From Nitrospinales bacterium (GTDB taxonomy: Bacteria; Nitrospinota; Nitrospinia; Nitrospinales; VA-1): DNA of 64,000 nucleotides. The notes under the pieces are model-generated. The model had not been told where the DNA came from. It saw nothing but the letters and a program-made list of their open reading frames with translations, and searched no databases. The stretch spans positions 2,880,001-2,944,000 of the forward strand of contig CBDCWG010000012.1 of NCBI GenBank assembly GCA_965223345.1, read 5' to 3'. A program made the translations under genes and the position numbers. This document shows, piece by piece, positions 18,532 to 27,741 of the stretch (position 1 is its first letter; every line of letters begins with the position of its first letter).

Positions 18532-19395
18532 ATGTCCTGGCTGGATATTTTCAAAAGCAAGCCGTCGATCCCGAAAAAGGTCTCCAAGCCGGAGAGCATC
18601 TGGACCGAATGCAAGAAATGCGGCGAGCAGGTCTACCTGGCGGACCTGGAAAAGAATTTCAAGGTGTGCCCGAAATGCGACCACCATTTCCGCGTCGAGG
18701 CGGCGGAGCGCATCAGCCAGCTGATCAATCCGGGAACCTTTCAGGAACACGACACCGACCTGTCTTCGGCGGACCCGCTGAAATTCCGCGACAAGAAAAA
18801 ATACAAGGACCGCCTGCGCTCCACGATCAAGAAGGGGCTGGAAAAGGACGCCCTGGTGACGGGAACCGGCATCCTCGGCGATCACGCGGTGGAGATCTGC
18901 CTGTTCGAGTTCAACTTCATGGGCGGCAGCATGGGTTCGGTGGTGGGCGAAAAGATCACCCGCGCCATCGAACGAGCGACTGAGCACCGCCGGCCGCTGA
19001 TCATCATCAGCTGTTCCGGCGGCGCGCGCATGCAGGAAGGCATTCTCTCCCTGATGCAGATGGCGAAAACCTCGGCGGCGCTCAAACGGCTGGCCGAAGA
19101 AAAAATTCCTTATATCTCCATCCTCACCGATCCCACCACAGGCGGCGTTTCAGCCAGCTTCGCCATGCTGGGGGACATCATCCTCGCCGAGCCGGGCGCC
19201 CTGATCGGGTTCGCCGGGCCGCGCGTCATCGAACAGACCATCCAGCAGAAACTGCCCGAGGGTTTTCAGACAGCGGAGTTTTTGCTCGATCACGGATTGA
19301 TCGACCAGGTGGTGCACAGAAAGAAACTCAAGCAGACGGTCGAAAACCTGCTGAGCCTGCTGGTCAACAGCCCCATCCCCAAAGTCGAAGCCTGA
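18532..19395 (+). CDS. accD: Acetyl-CoA carboxylase carboxyltransferase beta subunit
   Basis: C4 zinc finger; FMGGSMGSVVGEKI, SGGARMQEG, PTTGGVSAS, GFAGPRVI. Confidence 0.97.
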   Translation: MSWLDIFKSKPSIPKKVSKPESIWTECKKCGEQVYLADLEKNFKVCPKCDHHFRVEAAERISQLINPGTFQEHDTDLSSADPLKFRDKKKYKDRLRSTIKKGLEKDALVTGTGILGDHAVEICLFEFNFMGGSMGSVVGEKITRAIERATEHRRPLIIISCSGGARMQEGILSLMQMAKTSAALKRLAEEKIPYISILTDPTTGGVSASFAMLGDIILAEPGALIGFAGPRVIEQTIQQKLPEGFQTAEFLLDHGLIDQVVHRKKLKQTVENLLSLLVNSPIPKVEA

Positions 19396-19448
19396 GACAA
19401 TCGGTCCGCAGTTGCCAGGCTTGATCCGATAGACGGTATCCGACCTCG

Positions 19449-19478
19449 AATGAGCGGGTTCGCCCCAAAGCGGACATT
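19449..19478. repeat. Imperfect palindromic repeat (left of AT-rich gene)
   Basis: AATGAGCGGGTTCGCCCCAAAGCGGACATT; related to the element at 19865-19893. Confidence 0.5.
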
Positions 19479-19518
19479 GAAGGTTTCATTCTTGCATGCC
19501 AAAAATTATTACTAATCA

Positions 19519-19848
19519 ATGAAGTATATTAAAAAAATAAGAAAAATTTATATTACCCTGTCGCCTATCCCGCCCATTTTATTTTTATGCTCAATAAGTA
19601 AACACGGCTGGGGATTTGTATATTCCTATATTTTTTTGGGGTCTGCATGGTCAAGTATATTGATGGGCGTTTTTGGTGCAGTATTGCTTGGGCAAGCAGG
19701 GCGCGAAACAGATTGGAAAGTTAAATTCCCCAATCTAATTAAAGCTACATTAATTTCTAGTTCTGTTTTATGGATAGCAATGTCTTATTTTATTATTTCA
19801 AACATTTGGTATTGGGTTTATCCTCCCCCCACGCCTAGCAGATATTAA
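19519..19848 (+). CDS. AT-rich hypothetical membrane protein (about 3 TM helices)
   Basis: 109-aa hydrophobic ORF, markedly more AT-rich than its flanks. Confidence 0.6.
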   Translation: MKYIKKIRKIYITLSPIPPILFLCSISKHGWGFVYSYIFLGSAWSSILMGVFGAVLLGQAGRETDWKVKFPNLIKATLISSSVLWIAMSYFIISNIWYWVYPPPTPSRY

Positions 19849-19864
19849 ATTATTTAAAGAGACT

Positions 19865-19893
19865 AAGTCCGCGTATGGCCTCAAGCCGACGTT
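19865..19893. repeat. Imperfect palindromic repeat (right of AT-rich gene)
   Basis: AAGTCCGCGTATGGCCTCAAGCCGACGTT. Confidence 0.5.
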
Positions 19894-20079
19894 GATACCG
19901 CAGGCATAAACCGGCTGCCCCCACTACGAATGCTCCACCCCGGTAGACAGTTTTGTTGATTTGAATCTCTCTCCCATGCATGTTACCTAGTAGGTATTAC
20001 GAGGATAGCTCTCCTTTTAGTACATCGTGTAAACCCGCCTTCATTCATTTCCTATTTTCAGCAAAACGGGTGTTTATTC

Positions 20080-21402
20080 ATGGCTTCGATTATCGGCAAT
20101 GGCAGAGTGGAAGATTGTGAAACTGTTTTAGGCCAGCCCGGGTTTTGGCGAATCGCCCAAACAAAAAACGGAGTTTGGTGGTTCCTCGATCCCGACAACC
20201 GCAGGGTCTTCCTGACGGCTGTGACCACCGTTCAGCCCATTCAGAAATCGCGGGACAAAGAGAGTCTGTACTATATTTCAAAAGATTGGAATGGCAACAA
20301 AGACGGAAAGGAAGGGGATCTTGATCACTGGGCAAAAAAAACGATCAAGCGAGTGCGTCAGGTGGGCTTTAAGGGTATCGGTGCTTGGTCGCATCCCGTT
20401 CTTCACAAATACGATGTGCCTATTTCAAGAGATCTGAATCTTTGGCGGTGGGCGGGTGAAAAAAGATTGTTTTACGATTCCAAATGGTTCGAAAAGGTTG
20501 AACATGCAGTAAGAAAACAAGTCACTCCATTAAAACACAATCGAAACCTGGTGGGTTACTACACGGATAACGAATTGGGTTGGAATAGTGGGTTTGCCTC
20601 CGTTGATAAATATTTTAACGGCCTGGCTCCGGACAACCCCAATCGCTTGAAAGTGTCCAGGCTGATTCAATCGCTTTGGACGACCGTCAATGCCTTCAAC
20701 GAGGCATGGCAAACAAACATAGAGGATTGGCGAGCGCTGGATGGCTGGGCAAAACTTCCCAAACACCCCACCCAGGCACGCAACAAACTCATAAAGGAGT
20801 GGCGTTTTCAATTAGCAAGGGACTATTTTCGCGTCACGAGTGAGTTGATTCGAAAATACGATTCCAATCACTTGATTCTGGGAGCTCGATACAAGAGAAA
20901 TGTGCCGAAAGAGATAACCCGAGCCTCAAGAGATCATGTCCATGCACAATCCGTAAATATGTATTCTTCTAATGCCCAGCCTGACCTGAAAATATTAAAG
21001 AGCATGTATTCTGAATGCGGCAGACCGATTATCATTTCAGAATATTCCTTTCATGCACTCGATGGGAGAAGCGGCAACAAAAACAAAGCTGGTTTTATTT
21101 GGGGCCAGGTGAAAGATCAGCAGGCGAGAGCTCAAGGCTACAGGCACTTCACAACACGCCTGGCACAGATTCCTTATGTAATCGGGTCTGACTGGTTTCA
21201 ATGGAATGATGAGCCACCTGCAGGTCGTTATGATGGTGAAGACGTGAATTTTGGTGTCGTTGATATTTATGATCGACCCTACTCTGAATTAGTGAACGCG
21301 ATCAAAGAAACTGGCGTTCGGGTTGATGAGTTGCATGAAAATAGCACTAGGAGTGAAGAAGAAGATATTTCCCGTCAATGCACCGTGGAGCCAATGAGGT
21401 AA
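20080..21402 (+). CDS. Beta-agarase-like clan GH-A glycoside hydrolase
   Basis: WWFLDPD, GYYTDNELGW (acid/base Glu), IRKYDSNHLILGARY, PIIISEYSF (nucleophile Glu), WFQWNDEP...GEDVNFGVVD. Confidence 0.75.
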   Translation: MASIIGNGRVEDCETVLGQPGFWRIAQTKNGVWWFLDPDNRRVFLTAVTTVQPIQKSRDKESLYYISKDWNGNKDGKEGDLDHWAKKTIKRVRQVGFKGIGAWSHPVLHKYDVPISRDLNLWRWAGEKRLFYDSKWFEKVEHAVRKQVTPLKHNRNLVGYYTDNELGWNSGFASVDKYFNGLAPDNPNRLKVSRLIQSLWTTVNAFNEAWQTNIEDWRALDGWAKLPKHPTQARNKLIKEWRFQLARDYFRVTSELIRKYDSNHLILGARYKRNVPKEITRASRDHVHAQSVNMYSSNAQPDLKILKSMYSECGRPIIISEYSFHALDGRSGNKNKAGFIWGQVKDQQARAQGYRHFTTRLAQIPYVIGSDWFQWNDEPPAGRYDGEDVNFGVVDIYDRPYSELVNAIKETGVRVDELHENSTRSEEEDISRQCTVEPMR

Positions 21403-21465
21403 AAAATTGAAGCGATGCCAATTCATGGATTTCAAACCGGCGCGTCAGTTCGGGAAAATCGGTTT

Positions 21466-21726
21466 TCATGATGGATCTCCGGATTCGCTCAGCTTGTGAC
21501 TGTCCGCCGCCGTCAGATCCAGGTCGTAGACTTGTTTGAGCTGCTCGATTTTATGCAGGGTCTCTTTTGAGAACGGCGGCAACTTGCCCTCGAAGCAGTG
21601 CAGCGCCATCCCTTCCAGCAAGTCACCGAGGGACATATCGAGCTGCTCCGCAAGCGCTTTCAGGACCTTCAAAATCCGCTTCTCGATGCGGACACCTGTT
21701 TGTACGCGTGTGATTGACTTCGCCAT
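21466..21726 (-). CDS. Small conserved protein, probable ribbon-helix-helix DNA-binding protein
   Basis: RVQTGVRIEKRILKVLKALAEQLDMSLGDLLE fits a beta-strand/helix/helix pattern. Confidence 0.65.
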   Translation of the reverse strand: MAKSITRVQTGVRIEKRILKVLKALAEQLDMSLGDLLEGMALHCFEGKLPPFSKETLHKIEQLKQVYDLDLTAADSHKLSESGDPS

Positions 21727-21732
21727 GAAGTT

Positions 21733-21761
21733 ATCATGGTACATAGGTACCATAAAGTCAA
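21733..21761 (-). promoter_or_regulatory. Sigma70-like promoter overlapped by a perfect inverted repeat (candidate operator)
   Basis: Minus strand TTGACT-17 bp-CATGAT, 6 nt before the ATG at 21726; palindrome ATGGTAC-ATAG-GTACCAT at 21736-21753. Confidence 0.65.
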
Positions 21762-21847
21762 TCTAAATTGTTTTAGAATCGTTTATAGTGCTGATGGCAT
21801 CTCAGGACCGATGGGACGAAGACTCCGCTTGAACGAGGTTGTGCCAT

Positions 21848-22633
21848 ATGTGGAAGTGGTCGCGGGGCGATCCGCGAAAAAAAATACTGGCCGCTCCTTT
21901 CCCGAGCGAGTGGGAACGCCATATAAAAAACAACCTTCACTATTATCGGTATCTCAATCAGGAAGAAAAAAAGCGCCTGCAGGATCTCATCCGGATCTTC
22001 ATCGCCGAAAAGGATTGGCTGGGATGCAATGGCCTGGAATTGACGGATGAAATCCGCGTCACCATCGCCGCCCATGCCTGCCTGCTGATCCTCGAGTTGC
22101 CGAACGAGTATTACCGCAATGTGGAATCGATTTATGTATATCCGACGACCGTCCTTTCCCCTGAAGGGTCGCCCGGATTTTTTGAGGTGCGCACAACCCC
22201 GGTGGAAGGCCCGATGCCCATTCATGGCGAGGCCCATCACCGCGGCCCGGTGATCCTGGTCTGGGATGCGGTGAAACACGAAACCCGGCACCCGGAACAC
22301 GGTCACAATGTCGTCTATCACGAATTCGCGCACAAGCTGGACATGCTCGATGGCGGTGCGGACGGCACGCCGCCCCTGACCACGCCTGAGGAATATGAGC
22401 GGTGGCGGGAAGTGTGCTCCAACGAGTATCTGGAACTGTGCGACAAGGTGGATCACGGCGAGCCCACTTTTTTGGACGAATATGCGGCGACGAACGAAAC
22501 TGAATTTTTCGCGGTGGTGACCGAATATTTTTTCACCACACCCGAAGACATGAAACACTATCATCCCAAACTGTATCGGGTGTTGCAGGATTTTTACCGG
22601 CAGGACCCGGCAGAGAAAATGTTAGCCGGATGA
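21848..22633 (+). CDS. M90 family zinc metallopeptidase (MtfA-like)
   Basis: IAAHACLLIL, NVVYHEFAHKLD HExxH motif, YAATNETEFFAVVTEYFF. Confidence 0.9.
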   Translation: MWKWSRGDPRKKILAAPFPSEWERHIKNNLHYYRYLNQEEKKRLQDLIRIFIAEKDWLGCNGLELTDEIRVTIAAHACLLILELPNEYYRNVESIYVYPTTVLSPEGSPGFFEVRTTPVEGPMPIHGEAHHRGPVILVWDAVKHETRHPEHGHNVVYHEFAHKLDMLDGGADGTPPLTTPEEYERWREVCSNEYLELCDKVDHGEPTFLDEYAATNETEFFAVVTEYFFTTPEDMKHYHPKLYRVLQDFYRQDPAEKMLAG

Positions 22634-22692
22634 GGTATCAACCCGGTCACGGTCAGGATTTTACCTGAGAAATGGAAATCTAAACGGAAACG

Positions 22693-24183
22693 ATGGACGC
22701 GCTCAACCTCAAACTCCCGCAATTCAACTTCGACAACAGCTTCGCCCGCACCTTCAAGGGCTTTTATGTGCCCTGGCAGGCGGATCCTGCGGCCGCCCCG
22801 AAACTGCTGCTGCTCAACCATGCGCTGGCCGAAGAGCTTGGGCTGGATCCGGCCGCGCTCGAATCGGAAGCGGGCCTGGCGATCTTCTCCGGCAATGCCA
22901 TCCCCGAAGGGGCGGAACCGCTGGCGCAGGCGTATGCCGGGCACCAGTTTGGCGGATACGCGGGGCAACTGGGGGACGGGCGCGCGCTTCTCCTCGGCGA
23001 GGTGATCGACACGCGGCAACAACGCCGCGATATCCAGTTGAAAGGATCCGGCCCCACCCCCTTCTCCCGCGGCGGCGACGGCAAAGCGCCGCTCGGCCCG
23101 GTGCTGCGCGAATACCTGATCGGAGAGAGCATGCATGCGCTCGGCATCCCGACGACACGCGCCCTGGCGGCCGTGACCACCGGCGAGGAAATTTACCGCG
23201 AAACCGCCCTGCCCGGTGCGGTGCTCACCCGTGTTGCGGCCAGTCACATCCGCGTCGGCACCTTCCAGTTTTTCGCTGCGCGGGGCGGCGCCGACAAAGT
23301 CCGTGAACTCGCCGATTATGCCATTGCACGGCATTATCCTCACACAGCCGATGCGGAAAATCCCTATCTGGCGTTCTTCGAAGCTGTTTGCGATGCGCAG
23401 GCGGCGCTGGTGGCGGGCTGGATGAATGTCGGTTTCATCCACGGGGTGATGAACACCGACAACACGGCGATCTCCGGTGAGACGCTGGATTACGGGCCCT
23501 GCGCCTTCATGGACACCTATGCGCCGGACACGGTGTTCAGCTCGATCGACCGCCACGGCCGCTACGCTTACGGCAACCAGCCGGAGATCCTGCCCTGGAA
23601 CCTGACCCGGTTCGCGGAAACGCTGATCCCGCTCGTCGATCCGGACAAAGGCAAGGCCGTCGAATTGCTGACCGGCTCGGTCAAGCAGGTTCAACATCTC
23701 TATGAGACTCACTGGCTGGCCGGAATGCGGTGCAAGATCGGTTTGACGAAGCAAGACCCACACGATCTGGAGCTGATGCACGATCTGCTCTGGGTCCTGA
23801 AAGACGGACAGGCGGATTTCACCCTCTTCTTCCGCCGTCTCTCGCAAGCCGTGCGCGGGGACAAAGACCCGATGCGAGACGTGCTGGAACAATCCGGCGC
23901 GTTCGACGTCTGGGCCCGGCGCTGGCGCAAGCGCCTGAAACAGGAGGGCGAGGCCGCGGAGACGGTCGCACAGGCGATGGACCGGGTCAATCCGATCTAT
24001 ATCCCACGCAACCATAAGGTTGAGGAAGCCCTTGAAGCCGCGGTCGATCGGGAAGACATGACGCCGTTTTCTGAACTGCTGGCAATTTTGACCCATCCGT
24101 TCGACGAAGTCGCCGGCAACGAGACCTACGCCGAGCCGGCGCCGGTGACGGACACTCCCTACAGGACGTTCTGTGGAACCTGA
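22693..24183 (+). CDS. selO: Protein adenylyltransferase SelO (YdiU)
   Basis: YAGHQFG..QLGDGRA, QLKGSGPTPFSRGGDG, GFIHGVMNTDN, DYGPC, C-terminal TFCGT. Confidence 0.95.
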   Translation: MDALNLKLPQFNFDNSFARTFKGFYVPWQADPAAAPKLLLLNHALAEELGLDPAALESEAGLAIFSGNAIPEGAEPLAQAYAGHQFGGYAGQLGDGRALLLGEVIDTRQQRRDIQLKGSGPTPFSRGGDGKAPLGPVLREYLIGESMHALGIPTTRALAAVTTGEEIYRETALPGAVLTRVAASHIRVGTFQFFAARGGADKVRELADYAIARHYPHTADAENPYLAFFEAVCDAQAALVAGWMNVGFIHGVMNTDNTAISGETLDYGPCAFMDTYAPDTVFSSIDRHGRYAYGNQPEILPWNLTRFAETLIPLVDPDKGKAVELLTGSVKQVQHLYETHWLAGMRCKIGLTKQDPHDLELMHDLLWVLKDGQADFTLFFRRLSQAVRGDKDPMRDVLEQSGAFDVWARRWRKRLKQEGEAAETVAQAMDRVNPIYIPRNHKVEEALEAAVDREDMTPFSELLAILTHPFDEVAGNETYAEPAPVTDTPYRTFCGT

Positions 24184-24390
24184 GCTGCGTGTCCGCCAGC
24201 GCCCCAAAGAGACATTCTTATGGAGAGCTGGCTTGCCAGGAAAATGTAAAACCGGCTTCCCCTCTCCTGTAAGATGGGGTATAGTTTTCCGTCATGACCC
24301 CATTGAACAGGAAACCAACCCCCCGGTGTGTGAAGTCCACCGGGACGCGCCGGGTACCCGCTACCGGCGTTTTACACGGATTGTGAAATA

Positions 24391-25353
24391 ATGCGTTCGA
24401 TAAAAGTCGAAGGACTCGATATACCCTGGACAGCCCTCACCTTTGGCTGCCTGCAGATTGCCCCCAGCGAAGCGTGGGGGGACGTGTGTTCGGCGGAAGA
24501 GGCCGACCGGCTGGTGAAGACCGCCCTGGAGGGCGGCATCCTGGCGTTTGATACCGCCGAGGGTTATGGCGACGGGGAATCCGAACGCCGTCTCGGCAAG
24601 GCCCTGGGCTCCCGAAAAAACGATGTCCTCATCGTTTCCAAAATCTGGCCCGATGTCGAATTGACACTCGAGGCTTACCAGTCGCGCCTTGAGGGTACGT
24701 TGAAAGCGCTTGGGCGGGATTATGTCGATGTGTACATGGTCCACTGGCCGGGCATGTATCTGGACACCATGATAAAGACCGGGAAGATGTGCGACATCAT
24801 GGCTGCCCTCAAAGAAAGCGGCAAGGCCCGTACCGTGGGCATCACGGATTTTAAGGCGAATGACATTCGACTGATGGCAGGCGCCGCCTCGTTGTTCACC
24901 GTCAATGAGATTCCTTATAACCTGCTTCAGCGCGAGTACGAAGGAGAGGATTTAATACATTGTGAAAAGGCCGGTATCGGTTACATGGCGTGTTCGCCCA
25001 GCGCCCATGGCCTGTTAGCCGGTCGATTCGATGAAGAGGCCCTGGAAGAGGCCTTGAAGGTACCCACCCGCCAGGAATGTCACCTGTACCGGCAGCCTTA
25101 TTTTGGTGATTCGCAAATCGTGCGCGACACGGTTCAGGAAATTGCACAAGAAATCAATACGGCCCCCATCAACGTGGCACTGGCATGGGTGATCCAGCAA
25201 AAGAATATCACCACCGCTGTGGTGGGGTCACACAAAGTGGATCAGGTGAAGGAATTTTGTGCTGCCGGGGAAATCACGCTCACTTCCGATCAGCTGAACC
25301 GGCTCAACGAGGCGAGCGCTCAGTTTCATTACACTCTCGGCAGAGTTGTCTGA
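24391..25353 (+). CDS. Aldo/keto reductase
   Basis: FDTAEGYG, VSKIW, YMVHWP, YNLLQRE; catalytic D/Y/K/H present. Confidence 0.9.
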   Translation: MRSIKVEGLDIPWTALTFGCLQIAPSEAWGDVCSAEEADRLVKTALEGGILAFDTAEGYGDGESERRLGKALGSRKNDVLIVSKIWPDVELTLEAYQSRLEGTLKALGRDYVDVYMVHWPGMYLDTMIKTGKMCDIMAALKESGKARTVGITDFKANDIRLMAGAASLFTVNEIPYNLLQREYEGEDLIHCEKAGIGYMACSPSAHGLLAGRFDEEALEEALKVPTRQECHLYRQPYFGDSQIVRDTVQEIAQEINTAPINVALAWVIQQKNITTAVVGSHKVDQVKEFCAAGEITLTSDQLNRLNEASAQFHYTLGRVV

Positions 25354-25388
25354 CGATTCACCGATAAACTTTCATCTGTCCTGTCAGC

Positions 25389-26672
25389 TCACGCTGTCAG
25401 AATTTTTGGCAACTGAAAATAAAACTTCGCTCCTTTACCCAATTCGCTGAACACCCCCACTTTCCCATGGTGCAAAGAAACCAGACCTTTTACGATATTC
25501 AGTCCCAACCCGGCGCTGTCTTCTCCTCCCGTAGGCTTGCTGCTTAAAGTCTGAAATTCTCTGAAAAGCAGTTTTTGTTCGTCTTTGCTGATTCCTGGCC
25601 CCTCATCCTGAACCGAAAACTCGACAGAATTATCGAGATTTTTCAGACTCACGCGGATCGTGCTGTTTCGCGGCGAAAATTTAATCGCGTTGCTGATCAA
25701 ATTGTCGATCACTTGCTCGATCCGGTTTTTATCAAAAACAAATTCAGGAACGTCATCCAATTCCGTCTGGAGTTTTATATCTTTATTGCTCAAATTCAGT
25801 TCGTACTGCTCGATCCGGTCCTTGGTGATTTCCCGGATGTCATTGCGTTTCATTTCGAGAACAATCTTCCCATGCTCCAACTTGGAATAATCCAATAGAT
25901 CCTGAATCAGCTTGGCCATAGAATCACTGGCTTTATGGATTCTCTTGATATAATTGCTTTGCTGCTCGTTCAGCGTGGTTTTTTCGCCATCCTCCAACAG
26001 GGATTTTGAAAACTCCGATATGACATAAAGAGGATTCCGCAAATCATGGGCGACCATTCCAATCAGCTTATCCTTGAACTGGTTCACCCTTTTTAGCTGG
26101 TTGTTGGACCGCTTCAATTCCTCGATCAATCTTTCATTTTCCTTTTCCTGCCGTTTTCTTTCAGTGATGTCCCTTTCCGTCGTGGCGATGAAACGCGGTT
26201 GCCCCGATTCGTCTTTTATCACCGTTTGAGTCAACCAGATATCCAGTATTTTTCTATCCTTGGTGATTCTCTGGGTTTCATAGGATTGAATGATACCTCC
26301 CTTTCTCAGTTTGTTGACAATTTCGCAATTATTCTTGAATATCTGTTTCGGGATGATATCGGCAATGTTTTTGCCTGTCATTTCAGAGCTTGAGTACCCA
26401 TAAATTTTCTCCGCAGCCCGGTTCCAGCTGACGATGGTTCCATCAAAATTCTGAAGCGTGATGGCGTCGTTCGAATCTTTCACAACCGTAGCCAGTGTTT
26501 GCAAATCCCTGAGGTTTTCCTTGCAGCGCATCTCCGCTTCATTATGTCGATCAACGCGGTTTCTCAACGCTTCCAGTTCACGAATGAGTTCTTTTCTTGA
26601 TTTATTTTCATAAATGTCACTTTCACCATGAAGATGTTTTCGATCGATTGAATTTTCTTTGTGTGTGTTCAT
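25389..26672 (-). CDS. Cytoplasmic PAS-domain sensor histidine kinase
   Basis: PAS (IVSWNRAAEKIYGY...DITERK), H-box AHDLRNPL, NLISNAIKF, DEGPGI, GLGL; AT-rich. Confidence 0.93.
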   Translation of the reverse strand: MNTHKENSIDRKHLHGESDIYENKSRKELIRELEALRNRVDRHNEAEMRCKENLRDLQTLATVVKDSNDAITLQNFDGTIVSWNRAAEKIYGYSSSEMTGKNIADIIPKQIFKNNCEIVNKLRKGGIIQSYETQRITKDRKILDIWLTQTVIKDESGQPRFIATTERDITERKRQEKENERLIEELKRSNNQLKRVNQFKDKLIGMVAHDLRNPLYVISEFSKSLLEDGEKTTLNEQQSNYIKRIHKASDSMAKLIQDLLDYSKLEHGKIVLEMKRNDIREITKDRIEQYELNLSNKDIKLQTELDDVPEFVFDKNRIEQVIDNLISNAIKFSPRNSTIRVSLKNLDNSVEFSVQDEGPGISKDEQKLLFREFQTLSSKPTGGEDSAGLGLNIVKGLVSLHHGKVGVFSELGKGAKFYFQLPKILTA

Positions 26673-26937
26673 CGCAGCGAATGGTTATATAGTTTGAAGG
26701 GATGTGTTCAGGTTTCAGATATCATGGGAAATATTTCTTTCCGGATTTTTTCTGAGCCTGCGGCCACTGGAGACGGATTCGTTTTATCAGGCAAAATCCT
26801 ATTCACCAACTGGTATACGCATAGGATACGACAATCAGAATAATCGTCCAGAAAAGAAGTTTTTTGTTGAACTCGTTATACAGCATGATCTTTTTATAAC
26901 CATCCATCTCTATCGATTCAACGTTGCTGCGGAAAAG

Positions 26938-26971
26938 AAAAAAAAAAGCGGCTCCCTCACCTGGGAGCCGC
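26938..26971 (-). terminator. Rho-independent terminator after the 98-aa secreted protein gene
   Basis: GCGGCTCCC/GGGAGCCGC stem with a long T run on the minus strand. Confidence 0.8.
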
Positions 26972-27003
26972 TCGGATTCAATGGTTCTTAATTGAGAATC
27001 CAC

Positions 27004-27300
27004 TCAGGCGGCCCCCCCTCGATCCATAGAGTAGTCATACCGTTTGGTCTCGCGAACAAAATCGAAATCCGCTTTTCCACCGGACGTGTCCGCCTTGACG
27101 GAATGCTGAGTGGAGACGCTGCCTTTTTCACGCGGGGTGTCCATCACAATCGGTTTTTCAGGCTTGTTGTCTTCGTCGATCCATTTGGTCCAGACTGCAT
27201 GGCGATCCAAGGCGCTGGTAGCAGGTTCATCTGCCCAAGCTACCCCTGAGCCAACGATGCAAAAAGTAATTGCGATCATCAGAACAATCAGCTTTTTCAT
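27004..27300 (-). CDS. Small secreted hypothetical protein (98 aa)
   Basis: AGGAGG RBS, MKKLIVLM...AWA signal peptide, own terminator. Confidence 0.8.
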   Translation of the reverse strand: MKKLIVLMIAITFCIVGSGVAWADEPATSALDRHAVWTKWIDEDNKPEKPIVMDTPREKGSVSTQHSVKADTSGGKADFDFVRETKRYDYSMDRGGAA

Positions 27301-27741
27301 GACAAACCTCCTATGAAAATCGAGTGGTTGACAGGACGGTGAAAACAGCTTGAAACCCTCAATTGCGGCATCCAGATAAGCACTGAATTATTGAATTCAA
27401 AACAGCCGTCTATTTTTTCACCGCCGCCCGAGCGGGCCGTTAATTTGTTATTGGATAAATAAAACCGGCTGTTTCGATGTCAAGAAAATTAAAAAATTTT
27501 AACCTAAAAAAAACAGCCAATCAGGCCAGCGAATTTTTCGGATTTTCAGACTTGCGGAGAGGGGGGCCAAAATCCAGAGGCTCAAAGAAAGAGAGTCAAC
27601 GCATACATGTTCCAGGGGTGGACCGGCAACCGGCGTGGCCGGCGGGCTCATGCGGACGCACTTCGAGTGGATGTCATACCGCGCGAACGATTCACGCAAG
27701 GCATGACGGGAGCTCCAATCAGGCTGTAGCTGTAGTTTGAA

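Noticed and set aside
19449..19893. Integron attC sites
   Set aside because: No RYYYAAC/GTTRRRY core ends, the repeats are too short and there is no IntI in the window; reported instead as an unclassified cassette-like repeat.
24169..24230. Selenocysteine read-through at the selO TGA
   Set aside because: The protein already ends in the usual Cys-containing TFCGT tail, and no convincing bacterial SECIS follows.
27480..27741. Possible ncRNA (6S-like) or small ORF downstream of the Cld-like gene
   Set aside because: GC-rich with local hairpins, but I could not match a known RNA family or find a convincing ORF; it needs an Rfam scan.
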